This document shows, in pieces, positions 1-9,430 of a stretch of DNA of 64,000 nt. Both the position numbers and the translations under genes were made by a program. The number at the start of each line of letters is the position of its first letter. The first letter of the stretch is position 1. The DNA is from an uncultured Gemmataceae bacterium. Its GTDB lineage: Bacteria > Planctomycetota > Planctomycetia > Gemmatales > Gemmataceae. The notes under the pieces are model-generated. The model made no database searches. It was not told the DNA's origin and was given only the letters and a program-made list of their open reading frames with translations. The DNA is taken from the NCBI GenBank assembly GCA_963750165.1, contig CAVVPN010000012.1:704001-768000 (forward strand). The letters are read 5' to 3'.

Positions 1-210
1 AACGTTGTCCAGCGGCGCCACCACACGCTCCAGCATGGCGCAGCGCTCGTCCAGTGAAAAGAACGTCGCTTTCTCGGGGTTGATGCCGACGCCGACAATC
101 AGGCGCTCGAAGATGCGACTGCCGCGGCGGATCACGTCCAGATGCCCCAGGTGGACCGGGTCGAACACGCCCGTGTACACCGCGATGTCGTGGCCCAGCA
201 TGACAGGCAT
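1..210 (-). CDS. coaD: phosphopantetheine adenylyltransferase (5' part, runs off window start)
   Basis: Manual translation MPVMLGHDIAVYTGVFDPVHLGHLDVIRRGSRIFERLIVGVGINPEK..FSLDER shows the (T/G)FDP..HxGH nucleotidyltransferase motif; GGAG RBS upstream. Confidence 0.92.
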   Translation of the reverse strand, partial: MPVMLGHDIAVYTGVFDPVHLGHLDVIRRGSRIFERLIVGVGINPEKATFFSLDERCAMLERVVAPLDNV

Positions 211-222
211 AACGTGTCTCCC

Positions 223-1353
223 TTATCCTGATAGAACCTGCACGAGCCTATCGATCTCCTCCGCCGTGTTGTACGCATGAGGGCTGATGCGCAGCCGGCC
301 GGCGCGGCGGTTGACGATGACGCCCGCCTGGCGACAACGCTTCACCAGCTGCCGCACCTGCTCCGTGCCGCCCGGCGCCGCCAGCGACACAATGCCGGAA
401 CGCTCGCCAGGACTGCGACTGCTGAACACGCTCAACGCGGTGGTCTGTACCTTATCGCACAGGTAGTCCGTTAATTCCAGTAGCCGCTGCTCCAGCGCCG
501 CGACGCCGACGCGCAACAGTAGCTCAAGGCTCGCGCCCAGCGCGGTGATGCCGGCGACGTTCAGGGTGCCGCTCTCCCAGCGGCCGGCGTGCGGCTTCAG
601 CGTGAAATCGATCTGCGAAAAGTCCGTGGCGCCGACGACGCTGTTCCAGCCGATGCCGACCGGTTGCAGCACGTCGATCAGTTCGCGGCGGACGTAGAAC
701 AGGCCGGCGCCCTCCGGCCCCAGCAGCCATTTGTGGCCGTCCGCGGCGAGGAAGTCGATGGGGGTGCGGCGCACGTCCAGCGGCAACACGCCCAGGCCCT
801 GGATGGCGTCCACGAAGAAATGGACGCCGCGTTCACGGCACAGGGCGCCGAGCGTGTCCAGGTCGTTGCGGAAGCCCGTGGCGAACTCGACGAAACTCAG
901 GCTGACGATGCGCGTGTGGTCGTCGATGGCGGCGCGCACGTCGTCGATGCGGAGGCGGCCGTCGCGGCTGGCGACGGGGCGCTCCGTGACGCCGCGGCGG
1001 GCCAGGTTCAGCCACGGATAGCGGTTGGCGGGGTACTCGTCCGCGGCGGTGACGACGTTGTCGCCGGGCCGCCACGGATAGCCCTCCGCGACGATGCCGA
1101 TGCCCTCGCTGGTGTTCTTGACGAAGGCAATGTCGAGCGGATCGGCGTTCAGCAGCCGGGCGGCCAGTTCGCGCACTTCCTGGACGCGGGCGTTCCAGCG
1201 CGGCTCGTTGACGACGCCGTGCTCGGCGACATCGGTCGCCCAGGTGGTCATGGCCTCGACGGCGGTGCGCGGCAGCGGGGCGACGGCGGCGTGATCGAAG
1301 AAGGCCCAGTGCCGCGTTACCGGCATCTGGGCACGCAGGGCTTGCCAGTCCAT
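223..1353 (-). CDS. class V PLP-dependent aminotransferase / cysteine desulfurase-like
   Basis: FDHAAVAP, NTSEG, VDAIQGLG, DGHKWLLGPEG (PLP Lys), ESGTLN, RISPHAYN; start placed at MDWQALR. Confidence 0.88.
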   Translation of the reverse strand: MDWQALRAQMPVTRHWAFFDHAAVAPLPRTAVEAMTTWATDVAEHGVVNEPRWNARVQEVRELAARLLNADPLDIAFVKNTSEGIGIVAEGYPWRPGDNVVTAADEYPANRYPWLNLARRGVTERPVASRDGRLRIDDVRAAIDDHTRIVSLSFVEFATGFRNDLDTLGALCRERGVHFFVDAIQGLGVLPLDVRRTPIDFLAADGHKWLLGPEGAGLFYVRRELIDVLQPVGIGWNSVVGATDFSQIDFTLKPHAGRWESGTLNVAGITALGASLELLLRVGVAALEQRLLELTDYLCDKVQTTALSVFSSRSPGERSGIVSLAAPGGTEQVRQLVKRCRQAGVIVNRRAGRLRISPHAYNTAEEIDRLVQVLSG

Positions 1354-1571
1354 GAAGTGGTTCCCGGTCAGGTGGTTTGGGGAGCGGCTTCCAGGGCCGT
1401 CAAAAAATGTGTCACCATCCCGCGCGCCTCCGCACTGTCCGAAAGCGCTACGGGCGGCGCTTGCCCGGACAGATGTGTATTTCCCCAGTGGTTGGATTAT
1501 ACAGGCCCACACCCAGGTCGTTTGCGTTCAGGGCGAACGCTTGCGCAGCGCGTCCAGCTCCTGGGCGGGGA

Positions 1572-3015
1572 TCATCCTGCAACCTCCGACGGGGCCGGGG
1601 CAGGTTCACGCCGGCGCAGCCAGCGATCCCACGGCAGCAGCGGCAGGTACAGCACCAGCATGTACGGCGGAAAGCCGCCGATCTCCATCGTCAACCAGAT
1701 CCCCAGGTGAAAGCAGACGCCGAACAGCAGCGCCGCGATCCGCGTCCAGCGGAACAGTACCAGCACCGGGAACGCCAGTTCCCAGACCAGCACCGACCAC
1801 GCCATCACCCGCAGGATTTCCAGCGGCACCGGGAACTGCGCAGTACGAGACGCGCGTCAGCACCACGTCGCCGAGCACGTAGTACAGACTCGTGCCCGCC
1901 GACCAGTCCTTGCCCGTGTACTTGAACAGGCCGTTCATGAAATAGCAGTAGATCAGCTGCACGAACAGCAGCCGCAGCGCCCACGGCGAGACGTAGGCCA
2001 CGCCGCGCAACGTCCCCCAGCGCCGCGCCAACCAGGCGTCCAGCGACCAGGCGGCGCCGCACGGGCACAGCATCAGATAGAACGTGATGATGCTGCGCAC
2101 CTGGTCGCCGGCGTTGGTGATGCTGAAGTTCAGGTTGTCGAACGACTGGCCCAGCGCCCAGACCGCCACGGCAGCAACGCGCGTGCCCAGGCCGAGCAGC
2201 AGCAGCAGCGTCGCCCCCACCCAGACGGCCATGCCCACGTCGATGGCCCGCGGCTCGGCCAGCCAGCGCGTCTGCGTCCAGCGCAGCCAGTCTGGCCCGG
2301 CCGGGTCCGTCGTCCATGTCTGCCACTTCAGCCAGCCGGCCACGACCAGCAGCCCCGTGGCCCCGGCACACGCCAGCAGGCCGGGCCACACCCAACGGTC
2401 CTCCGCGGCCGCCTGGCTGCGCCGCCACAGCCCCAGGAACAGAAACACCAGCGCCACGGCAAACACCACCAGTGGCACCCGCAGCACCAGGCCCGCGCGC
2501 ACCGCGACCGTCCGCGCGACCTGATCCGCGTCGCCAACCGGCGGCGGCAGCTCGGCCAGGCGCACCCAGAGGCCCAGCACCCCGACCACGACGCTGACCA
2601 GCCAGACGACCAGCGCCCAACGCAACGTCGGCGGGTCCGGCACGTTCGTGCCCAGCCGCGCCCGCAGCCCCACCAGCACGAACGCTGTGCTGCCCAGCCA
2701 CGCCAGTAGCGCAAGCGCCGACAGCAGTGGGTCCGCGAAGCCGCGCAGCAGCGACCAGTAACATTTCTTGTCCTGCACCAGGTAGGCGAAGATTTCCGGG
2801 CTGCCGAGGCTGTCCGGACCGAAGAAGTCGTGCCGTAGCGGCCAGTACACGCAGACGATGTCCCAGAGCAGCACCGCCGCCAGACCGATGCGCAGCACCG
2901 CCAGGTATTCGGCGCGCACCGGCTCCGTCCACCAGCGCGACGCGGCCAGCGGCCAGGGCAGCCACGGTTGCAGGCCCACCACCTGGCGGCCCTCCGGCAC
3001 GGCGGCGTCAGTCAC
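1572..3015 (-). CDS. HTTM-domain (SdpB-like) membrane protein, frameshift near 1840
   Basis: LAVLRIGLA, NAGDQV, WSLDAW, WALRLLFVQLIYCYFMNGLFK..G.DW..G; C-terminus (WELAFP..FHLGIWLTMEIGGF) continues in the frame of ORF 1572..1829. Confidence 0.8.
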
Positions 3016-4036
3016 TGATGGCCACCCTCTCGAACCGCTGGGTCACGTGGTTGTACGCCTCCAGCTCGTGGAAGCCAGCCGGCGCGGAGTCGCCCGGTTG
3101 CCAGCGCGCCACCGGCTCGACGAACGGCCCAATCAGGTAGGGCGGCGCCTCGTCCGGGTCGGCGATGCGGAAGCGGCGCATCAGCAGGATCACCTGGGCC
3201 GGCATCGGCGTGCCGGGGTGCGCCGCCAGGTACGCCCGCGTCCGCCAGCGCAGGTAAGCGCTCACGGCGGCGCCCTCGTTCCTCACATACCTGCGCGTCT
3301 CGCGGTTCCAGCGTTCCAACATGATGTCGTAAGTCTCGTCTTCCCAGGACGGCACCAGTTCCAGGTTCACGGCGCTATCGTAGAGGCGGAGGCGGAACCG
3401 GCCGACGCGGAAGAAGCGCCGCAGGTCCGGCGGTTCGTTGTCGGAGCGGACCAGTTCCGTGGGCGGCGGCATTGGCATGGGCGTCTGCCGCACTGCCGCT
3501 GCGAGGACGGCGGCGTCCAGCGGCGTGGCCGCGGCCAGCCCGGCCAGGTGACGACCGGTTCGCTCGACGTGGTAGGGCAGCCGCGGCAGCGGACTGCGGC
3601 GCACGGGAGCCCACAGCGCGGCGGCCTGCAGGGGGTGCTGGGCGGCCAGCACCGCCAACGGCCGAGCGAAGCGCGGCGCACTCTGCGGATCCTCTTCCCA
3701 GTGCAATTCCAGGGCGGGGAAGATGCACTGGTTGCTGACGTTCGGCGCGAACAGGCACCAGCTCTGTGACTGTCCTGTTATCTGGGCGTACTGACGGCTG
3801 ATCTCCGTCAGCGACTGGAACAGGTTCTCGACCTGGCCGCGCTTCTCCACCCAGCCCGGGGCAATGGGCTCGATCAGCGCCGGCACATCCGGAGGCAGCT
3901 TTTTCCGATCCCGATCGCCCTGATCCAGGACGTTGATCGCGAACAGGAAGAACAACTGCCAGACGATGAAGATGCCCAGCAGCACACGCGCCCCGGCGTT
4001 CGCGGCTGGCCGGCCCGTGGGCGGCGTTGGTTCCAT
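3008..4036 (-). CDS. HTTM partner protein (SdpA/DUF5819-like), N-terminal TM helix
   Basis: QSWCLFAPN motif resembles Q.W.(L/M)FAP of SdpA/DUF5819; overlaps HTTM gene start. Confidence 0.55.
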   Translation of the reverse strand: MEPTPPTGRPAANAGARVLLGIFIVWQLFFLFAINVLDQGDRDRKKLPPDVPALIEPIAPGWVEKRGQVENLFQSLTEISRQYAQITGQSQSWCLFAPNVSNQCIFPALELHWEEDPQSAPRFARPLAVLAAQHPLQAAALWAPVRRSPLPRLPYHVERTGRHLAGLAAATPLDAAVLAAAVRQTPMPMPPPTELVRSDNEPPDLRRFFRVGRFRLRLYDSAVNLELVPSWEDETYDIMLERWNRETRRYVRNEGAAVSAYLRWRTRAYLAAHPGTPMPAQVILLMRRFRIADPDEAPPYLIGPFVEPVARWQPGDSAPAGFHELEAYNHVTQRFERVAISD

Positions 4037-4040
4037 GCAA

Positions 4041-4087
4041 CTCCCCCTCACCCCCAACCCCTCGCCCCCTTCAGGGGGCGAGGGGAG
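4041..4087. repeat. REP-like palindrome (CCCCTCGCCCCCT-TC-AGGGGGCGAGGGG)
   Basis: Perfect hairpin 4058-4085; related arms at 27865 and 28245-28270. Confidence 0.75.
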
Positions 4088-4095
4088 AATTTCGC

Positions 4096-5199
4096 TCACC
4101 TCTTATCCCAGACCGTAATCACCGCCTTCTGGCCCAGCACGCGCACGCGCAACTGTCGCGCCGACTGCCAGCCGATCGCCCGCGCCGCCTCGCGGAGCGC
4201 CGGCGCGTCGGCCACCAGCAGCACCGCCCGGCCCCCCGGCCGCAGCACGCGATCATACTCCGCCAGCGCCGCACGGTACAGCGGCCCCACCTCATCGGGC
4301 GTGCTCAACTGCTTGCCGAACGGCGGGTTCGACACGATGCGATCCACGCTCGCGTCCGCCAGCGGCAGTTCCCGGGCGTCCCACCGCTCCAGTTGCACTT
4401 GCCCGACTGACCGCAGATTCGCCGCCGCGGCGCGCAGGTGTCCCGGGTCAATGTCGCCGCCCAGCACCGCGCCCACCGTCCCCTGTTCCCTACCCTGGCG
4501 CCACTGCCGTTCGCGCAGGCCGAGCAGTTCGGCCAGGATGGTGCCGGCGCCGCACATCGGGTCGAGCACGACATGCTCCAGCCGCGGTTCGGCCAGGCGC
4601 ACCAGCGCCGCGGCCATCGTCGGCCGTAGCGACGCCGGCAGGTGCTCGTGCTTGTACGTCCGGTGCCGCATTGTTCGATCCGACAGCCGCAGACCGCACA
4701 CGGCCGTGGTCTCGTAGATGGTCAGCCAGATTTCGACCGCGGCGTTCTCCTCGGCCGGCTTCCAGCTGGCCGGCAGCTTGCCCGCGAGCCCCTTCGCCAG
4801 CGCCTTTCGCGCGTCCACCCGACGATAGCCGTGCGTGCCGGTCATCTGCGCCACCAGGCGGTAAGTCGGCTTGCCCTTCGGCCGCGGCCGCACAGCGTGG
4901 TGCAGCCGTAGCAGTTCCTGCCAGTCCGCCTCGTGGGCGGTCCACTTGCGAATGCGCTCCAGGTCTTCGGCGCGGTACGTCAACTGGTCGGTGCCCCAGG
5001 CCAGCAGGAACACGTCCTCGGTGGTGCGCAACCGCAGCAGTTCCGCGTCGATCTCCGGCACGCGGAAGACGACGACCTGTTCTCCGGTACGCTTGACCGT
5101 GCCGTTCAGGTCGTGGGTGATCTCGTCGGCCGCCACCGGCTCCAGTCCGGGCAGGACCAGCGCGTAGCAGGGCGGCGCGGTGTCGGTGGGTTTGGACAT
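4096..5199 (-). CDS. THUMP-like RNA methyltransferase (UPF0020/Trm14-like)
   Basis: PASLRPTMAAAL, LDPMCGAGTI (SAM motif), IVSNPPFG. Confidence 0.85.
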   Translation of the reverse strand: MSKPTDTAPPCYALVLPGLEPVAADEITHDLNGTVKRTGEQVVVFRVPEIDAELLRLRTTEDVFLLAWGTDQLTYRAEDLERIRKWTAHEADWQELLRLHHAVRPRPKGKPTYRLVAQMTGTHGYRRVDARKALAKGLAGKLPASWKPAEENAAVEIWLTIYETTAVCGLRLSDRTMRHRTYKHEHLPASLRPTMAAALVRLAEPRLEHVVLDPMCGAGTILAELLGLRERQWRQGREQGTVGAVLGGDIDPGHLRAAAANLRSVGQVQLERWDARELPLADASVDRIVSNPPFGKQLSTPDEVGPLYRAALAEYDRVLRPGGRAVLLVADAPALREAARAIGWQSARQLRVRVLGQKAVITVWDKR

Positions 5200-5222
5200 A
5201 ACGGCTTTCGGAACGCTACCGT

Positions 5223-5306
5223 ATTCGGCCGGCCAGCGAGCGGGGTCGCGTCAGCGCCCCGTGCGACCTCACGTGGCGCTGACGCGACCCCGCTCTCCGG
5301 CCGAAT
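5223..5306. repeat. intergenic palindromic element
   Basis: GAGCGGGGTCGCGTCAGCGCC ... GGCGCTGACGCGACCCCGCTC inverted arms, plus outer ATTCGGCCGG/CCGGCCGAAT. Confidence 0.75.
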
Positions 5307-5452
5307 GTGTGGACCGGTGTATACTCCCTGTCCCCTTGCGGAAATCGGCAACCTCGTTATACTAACACATCCACCCTTACAATCAGCAGGTAACCAAAAA
5401 ACCGCAAGCATCAACAAGTACGAAGGAAGCCGGTCACGGCGGAGGGAGTTTC

Positions 5453-6790
5453 ATGGCTGAGGCGATGCTCATCGACTTGAAGGCGCTGCTGGTGGAGCGC
5501 GACGAGTGCAACGCAGGGACAGTACAGAAGATCCGCGAGGCGCTGGCGCAGGGCAAGACGCAATACCGCACCCTGCGCGACGTGACAGACGTTCTGAAGA
5601 AGAAGGCGGAGACGGCGGCGCCGGCGCAGGCCAGGACGTGGCACCTCAAGCTCGGCATCGCGTCCTTTTTCCTGGGCCACCTCGGCGACGCGGTGGCGCA
5701 CCTGAAGCAGGCCGAGGGTGCTCTGGCGTGCTTCTACCTCGGCCGCGCCCTGGTCGAACGGCAAGAATACGACGACGCCCTGAAGGCGTTCGAGAAGGCG
5801 GAGAAGGCGGGCTACACGGCCAGCCAGGTGCAGTTACAGAAGGCCGGCATTCTGCGGCAGCGCGGCGAGCTGAAGGAGGCGCGGGCGCTGCTGAACAAGC
5901 TCAGCGACCAGTCCAGCCACAATGCCGAGTACCACTTCCAGCTGGCGAGCATTTACCTGGCGGAGGGCGAACGGCCGTCGGCAGTCAAGCACCTGGAAGA
6001 GGCGGTCAAGCTGGACCCCGGCCACACCGGGGCGCTGTTCCAGCTCGGCCACGCCAACGACCTGGCCGGCAACGATGACGACGCCATCATCTTTTACGAG
6101 CGCTGCCTGCAACATCCGCCGGTGCATATGAACGTGCTGATGAACCTTGGCGTGCTCTACGAGGACAGCGAGAAGTACGACAAGGCGGTGGACTGCTATC
6201 GCAAGGTGCTGCACGCGCAACCGCTGCACGAGCACGCCCGGCTGTTCCTCAAGGACGCCCAGGCGTCCATGAACATGTACTACAACCCCGACGACGAGGC
6301 GATGTCCAGCCGCTTCAGTCAGGTGCTGGAAATCCCCGTCACCGACTTCGAGCTGTCGGTGCGCAGCCGGAACTGCCTCAAGAAGATGAATATCAAGACG
6401 CTTGGCGACCTGACGCGCGTCAACGAGCAGCAGTTGCTCAGCAGCAAGAATTTTGGCGAAACGTCGCTGGCGGAGATCAAGGAGATGCTGGCGAGCAAGG
6501 GACTGCGGCTGGGCCAGTCGCTGGAGGAGGGCTCGACGTTCGAGCGCCGCTATTCGCCGCAGCAGCCGCTCAGCGACCAGGAGCAGGCGGTATTGAACAA
6601 GCCGGTCAGCGACCTGAATCTGTCGGTACGGGCTCGCAAGTGCATGAACCGCCTCGGCATCAACTCGCTGGGCGACCTCGTTGATCGCACCGCCGACGAA
6701 CTGCTGGAGTCCAAGAACTTCGGCATGACCTCGCTGACAGAGGTGCGCGACAAGCTGCGCGGTTACGGCCTGGCGCGTCGCGGGGATTGA
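5453..6790 (+). CDS. TPR-repeat protein with two C-terminal RNA polymerase alpha-CTD-like domains
   Basis: TPR-like helices, then LSVRSRNCLKKMNIKTLGDL..KNFGETSLAEIK and LSVRARKCMNRLGINSLGDL..KNFGMTSLTEVR; GGAGGGAG RBS. Confidence 0.88.
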   Translation: MAEAMLIDLKALLVERDECNAGTVQKIREALAQGKTQYRTLRDVTDVLKKKAETAAPAQARTWHLKLGIASFFLGHLGDAVAHLKQAEGALACFYLGRALVERQEYDDALKAFEKAEKAGYTASQVQLQKAGILRQRGELKEARALLNKLSDQSSHNAEYHFQLASIYLAEGERPSAVKHLEEAVKLDPGHTGALFQLGHANDLAGNDDDAIIFYERCLQHPPVHMNVLMNLGVLYEDSEKYDKAVDCYRKVLHAQPLHEHARLFLKDAQASMNMYYNPDDEAMSSRFSQVLEIPVTDFELSVRSRNCLKKMNIKTLGDLTRVNEQQLLSSKNFGETSLAEIKEMLASKGLRLGQSLEEGSTFERRYSPQQPLSDQEQAVLNKPVSDLNLSVRARKCMNRLGINSLGDLVDRTADELLESKNFGMTSLTEVRDKLRGYGLARRGD

Positions 6791-6800
6791 AAGAACCAAG

Positions 6801-6897
6801 ACCAATCACGAAAACACGAACGAACGAAAACACGAAAAAAGACTTATATTATTGGTCTTTTTTCGGGTTTTCGTTCGTTCGTGGTTTCGTGATTGGT
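6801..6897. repeat. AT-rich long hairpin built of CACGAA(A) units
   Basis: ACCAATCACGAAAACACGAACGAACGAAAAC... mirrored by ...GTTTTCGTTCGTTCGTGGTTTCGTGATTGGT. Confidence 0.8.
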
Positions 6898-6986
6898 ATT
6901 TATTCCCCCCGAGCAGCCTGATAAAGTTGACGCGGCGCGGGAGGAGCCCGCACACCGCAACCGCCCGACGCACGGAGGCGCAGGCC

Positions 6987-8333
6987 ATGGACGCGAGCCC
7001 CGCCCTTGCCATCCCCACCCACCCGCGCGAACGCTGGTTCGCCGTCGGCCTGCTGCTCTTCTTCGTGGCGCTCAGCGTCCAGTACAGCTTCAAGGTCCGC
7101 GACGACGACCACCGCGACAACCGCTCCGCCATCCTCCGCTGGCGCGAACAGATCCTCGAACTCGACCACGGCGTCAACATCTTCGACCGCCACAACTACC
7201 CAAACCCGCCCATCATGGTCCTGCTGCTTTCGCCGGTCGTCCACCTGCCGCCACTGATCTGTTCGCTGTGCTGGTTCTATCTCAAGGTCGTCATGGTGGT
7301 CGTCGCCATCGCACTGGCGTTCCGCCTGGTGGAGTCGCCGGCCCGGCCGTTCCCGGCGTGGGCCAAGGCCGTCACGGTCGTGCTCAGTCTGCGGCCCGTC
7401 ATGGGCGACCTCAGTCACGGCAACATTAACATCTTCATCCTGTTCCTGGTGGTGCTGGCGCTGTACGCCTACCGCCGTCGCCGCGAACTGCCCGCGGGAC
7501 TGCTGCTCGGCCTGGCCGTCGCCTGCAAGGTGACGCCGGCGCTGTTCGTGCCGTATTTTTTGTGGAAGCGGTCCTGGCGCACGCTGGCCGGCTGCGCCGC
7601 GGGGCTGGTGCTGTTTTTCTGGCTGGTGCCGGGGCTGCTACTCGGCTTCGACCGCAACGCCGAGTGCCTGTCCAGCTGGTACGACAAGATGATTGTGCCG
7701 TTCGTCTTCGGCGGCGAGATCACGCCGGAGCACAACAACCAGTCGCTGCCCGGCGTCCTCACCCGGTTGTTGACGCGCGAGCCATCATTCACGCACTTCG
7801 CCGACGGCCACTACGTCGCCGACGAGTTTTACAACATCGCCGACCTTGGCGCCGGCTGGGTGCGGCTGCTCATCAAGGGCTGCATGGCGGTGTTCGCGCT
7901 GGCGGTGGTGTGGGCGTGCCGGACGCCGACGACGGGGCGGCGTGGCTGGCGGCTGGCGGCGGAGTTCAGCGTCGTTGTACTGGGCATGCTGCTGTTCAGC
8001 GAACGGACGTGGAAGCACCATTGCGTGACGCTGCTGCTGCCGTTCGCGGTGATCGTCTACTGGCTGGCGACGCACCGGGCTGGCACGGCGTTGCGGGCGT
8101 ACCTGGTCGGCACGCTGACGGTGGTGACGCTGCTGATGGCCTCGACGAGTACGGGGCTGGCGGACGCGCTGGAGAAGGCGGCCAAGCTGGCGCAGACCTA
8201 CGGGGCCTACGTGTGGGCGTATCTGCTGCTGATCGGGGCGCTGGTGGTGCTGCTGCGACACCGCGGGGATACGGCGGCGGTCGGGGCCGCCACGCTACCG
8301 GACGGACGGCGGCGCCAGTCCGCGGCGGCGTGA
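6987..8333 (+). CDS. GT87 / DUF2029 family integral membrane glycosyltransferase
   Basis: YPNPP, HGNINIFIL, LAVACKVTP, NNQSLPG, TWKHH; multi-TM; GGAGG RBS. Confidence 0.82.
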   Translation: MDASPALAIPTHPRERWFAVGLLLFFVALSVQYSFKVRDDDHRDNRSAILRWREQILELDHGVNIFDRHNYPNPPIMVLLLSPVVHLPPLICSLCWFYLKVVMVVVAIALAFRLVESPARPFPAWAKAVTVVLSLRPVMGDLSHGNINIFILFLVVLALYAYRRRRELPAGLLLGLAVACKVTPALFVPYFLWKRSWRTLAGCAAGLVLFFWLVPGLLLGFDRNAECLSSWYDKMIVPFVFGGEITPEHNNQSLPGVLTRLLTREPSFTHFADGHYVADEFYNIADLGAGWVRLLIKGCMAVFALAVVWACRTPTTGRRGWRLAAEFSVVVLGMLLFSERTWKHHCVTLLLPFAVIVYWLATHRAGTALRAYLVGTLTVVTLLMASTSTGLADALEKAAKLAQTYGAYVWAYLLLIGALVVLLRHRGDTAAVGAATLPDGRRRQSAAA

Positions 8334-8343
8334 CAACGCGAAA

Positions 8344-8388
8344 GCCCCGTTTCCGTTTCGCGCGAGTCGTGCGAAACGGAGACGGGGC
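8344..8388. repeat. palindromic element / possible bidirectional terminator between convergent genes
   Basis: GCCCCGTTTCCGTTTCGC..GCGAAACGGAGACGGGGC; same family as 60941-60988. Confidence 0.7.
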
Positions 8389-8404
8389 CCAGGCATCTCA
8401 CATA

Positions 8405-9304
8405 TCATTGATCTGGCAGCTGGAGAACATTCACGCGGTTGTAGGCCCAGAAAGCCTGCCAGACGGCAGTGTCGGCAGCCTCGGCCGCGGTCGCGCTCAC
8501 GGCGTTGCAGCAGGTGTACATGTATTGATAATTCCGAACCGACCCGTCGGCCCAGAGCACCGGGGAGGCGCCAATGTGCGGCCCCCCCATGTGGTTTTCA
8601 TCGACCCCCTGCGAGTCGTGGATGTAGCCGTGGTCGGCACCACCGTTGGCGTCGGTCCAGCGCATGTTCGGGAAGGTGCCGTTGGAGGCGTACGTCTGCC
8701 ACCAGCCGGTGTCGTTGCTGGCGCCGCCGTTGTAGAGGCTAGGGTCGAGAATGCTGTGTGCCAGCAGCAGGGTGTTGGAGGTGCCGGCGCCTCTCGTGAT
8801 CTTTGAAATGGGGATGCCGACGTTGTCGTTCGGGTCCAGGATGGATTGGTAGGCGGTCGCGATGACGACCATGCCGTTGATCTGGCCGCCGTTGAGGGCG
8901 CCGGAGCCGCCCGCCGTGTTGCCGATGGACGCGCTGTAGGCGCCGGAGTAGTCATTCTTGCCGCCGAGGCGTTGCCCGCGACTCGGGCACAGCAGCACAA
9001 CCAGCGTGGTGCCGGGCACCGCGTTCTGCTGCTCGATGAACGGCAGGATCAGTGTCGGCCAGCTGGGGGCGGTGGCAGGAGCCGTCCGCGTCTCGTGCGG
9101 CAGCCGCTTGTACTGATTCTCGAAGTTGTGCATGGCCTTACCGAGCTGGGCCATGTTGTTCTGACACTGGGCCATCGCGGCAGCCTCGCGCACTTTTTGC
9201 ACGGCGGGTAGGAGCAGGCCGATGAGGATGGCGATGATGGCGATCACCACCAGCAACTCGATCAGCGTGAACGCGGCACGACGAACTGGTTGAAGAGGTT
9301 TCAT
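8405..9304 (-). CDS. DUF1559 prepilin-type N-terminal cleavage/methylation protein
   Basis: [37 protein letters not shown]-terminal H-x-G..WADGSVR. Confidence 0.93.
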   Translation of the reverse strand: MKPLQPVRRAAFTLIELLVVIAIIAILIGLLLPAVQKVREAAAMAQCQNNMAQLGKAMHNFENQYKRLPHETRTAPATAPSWPTLILPFIEQQNAVPGTTLVVLLCPSRGQRLGGKNDYSGAYSASIGNTAGGSGALNGGQINGMVVIATAYQSILDPNDNVGIPISKITRGAGTSNTLLLAHSILDPSLYNGGASNDTGWWQTYASNGTFPNMRWTDANGGADHGYIHDSQGVDENHMGGPHIGASPVLWADGSVRNYQYMYTCCNAVSATAAEAADTAVWQAFWAYNRVNVLQLPDQ

Positions 9305-9430
9305 GGACTGCCCCGAGACTGGGTACTGGATTGATGATTAAATGAGAAAATAGCGAAACGCGGCGATCTCGTCAAGGAAAATATTAATTTTCTTGAAAGA
9401 GTGGCAGCCAGCAAGCCTATCTGCGAGTGG

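Noticed and set aside
4037..4099. N-terminal extension MSEILPSPPEGGEGLGVRG of ORF 3008..4099
   Set aside because: It is the translated REP palindrome; ATG at 4036 preferred, though a coupled start cannot be excluded
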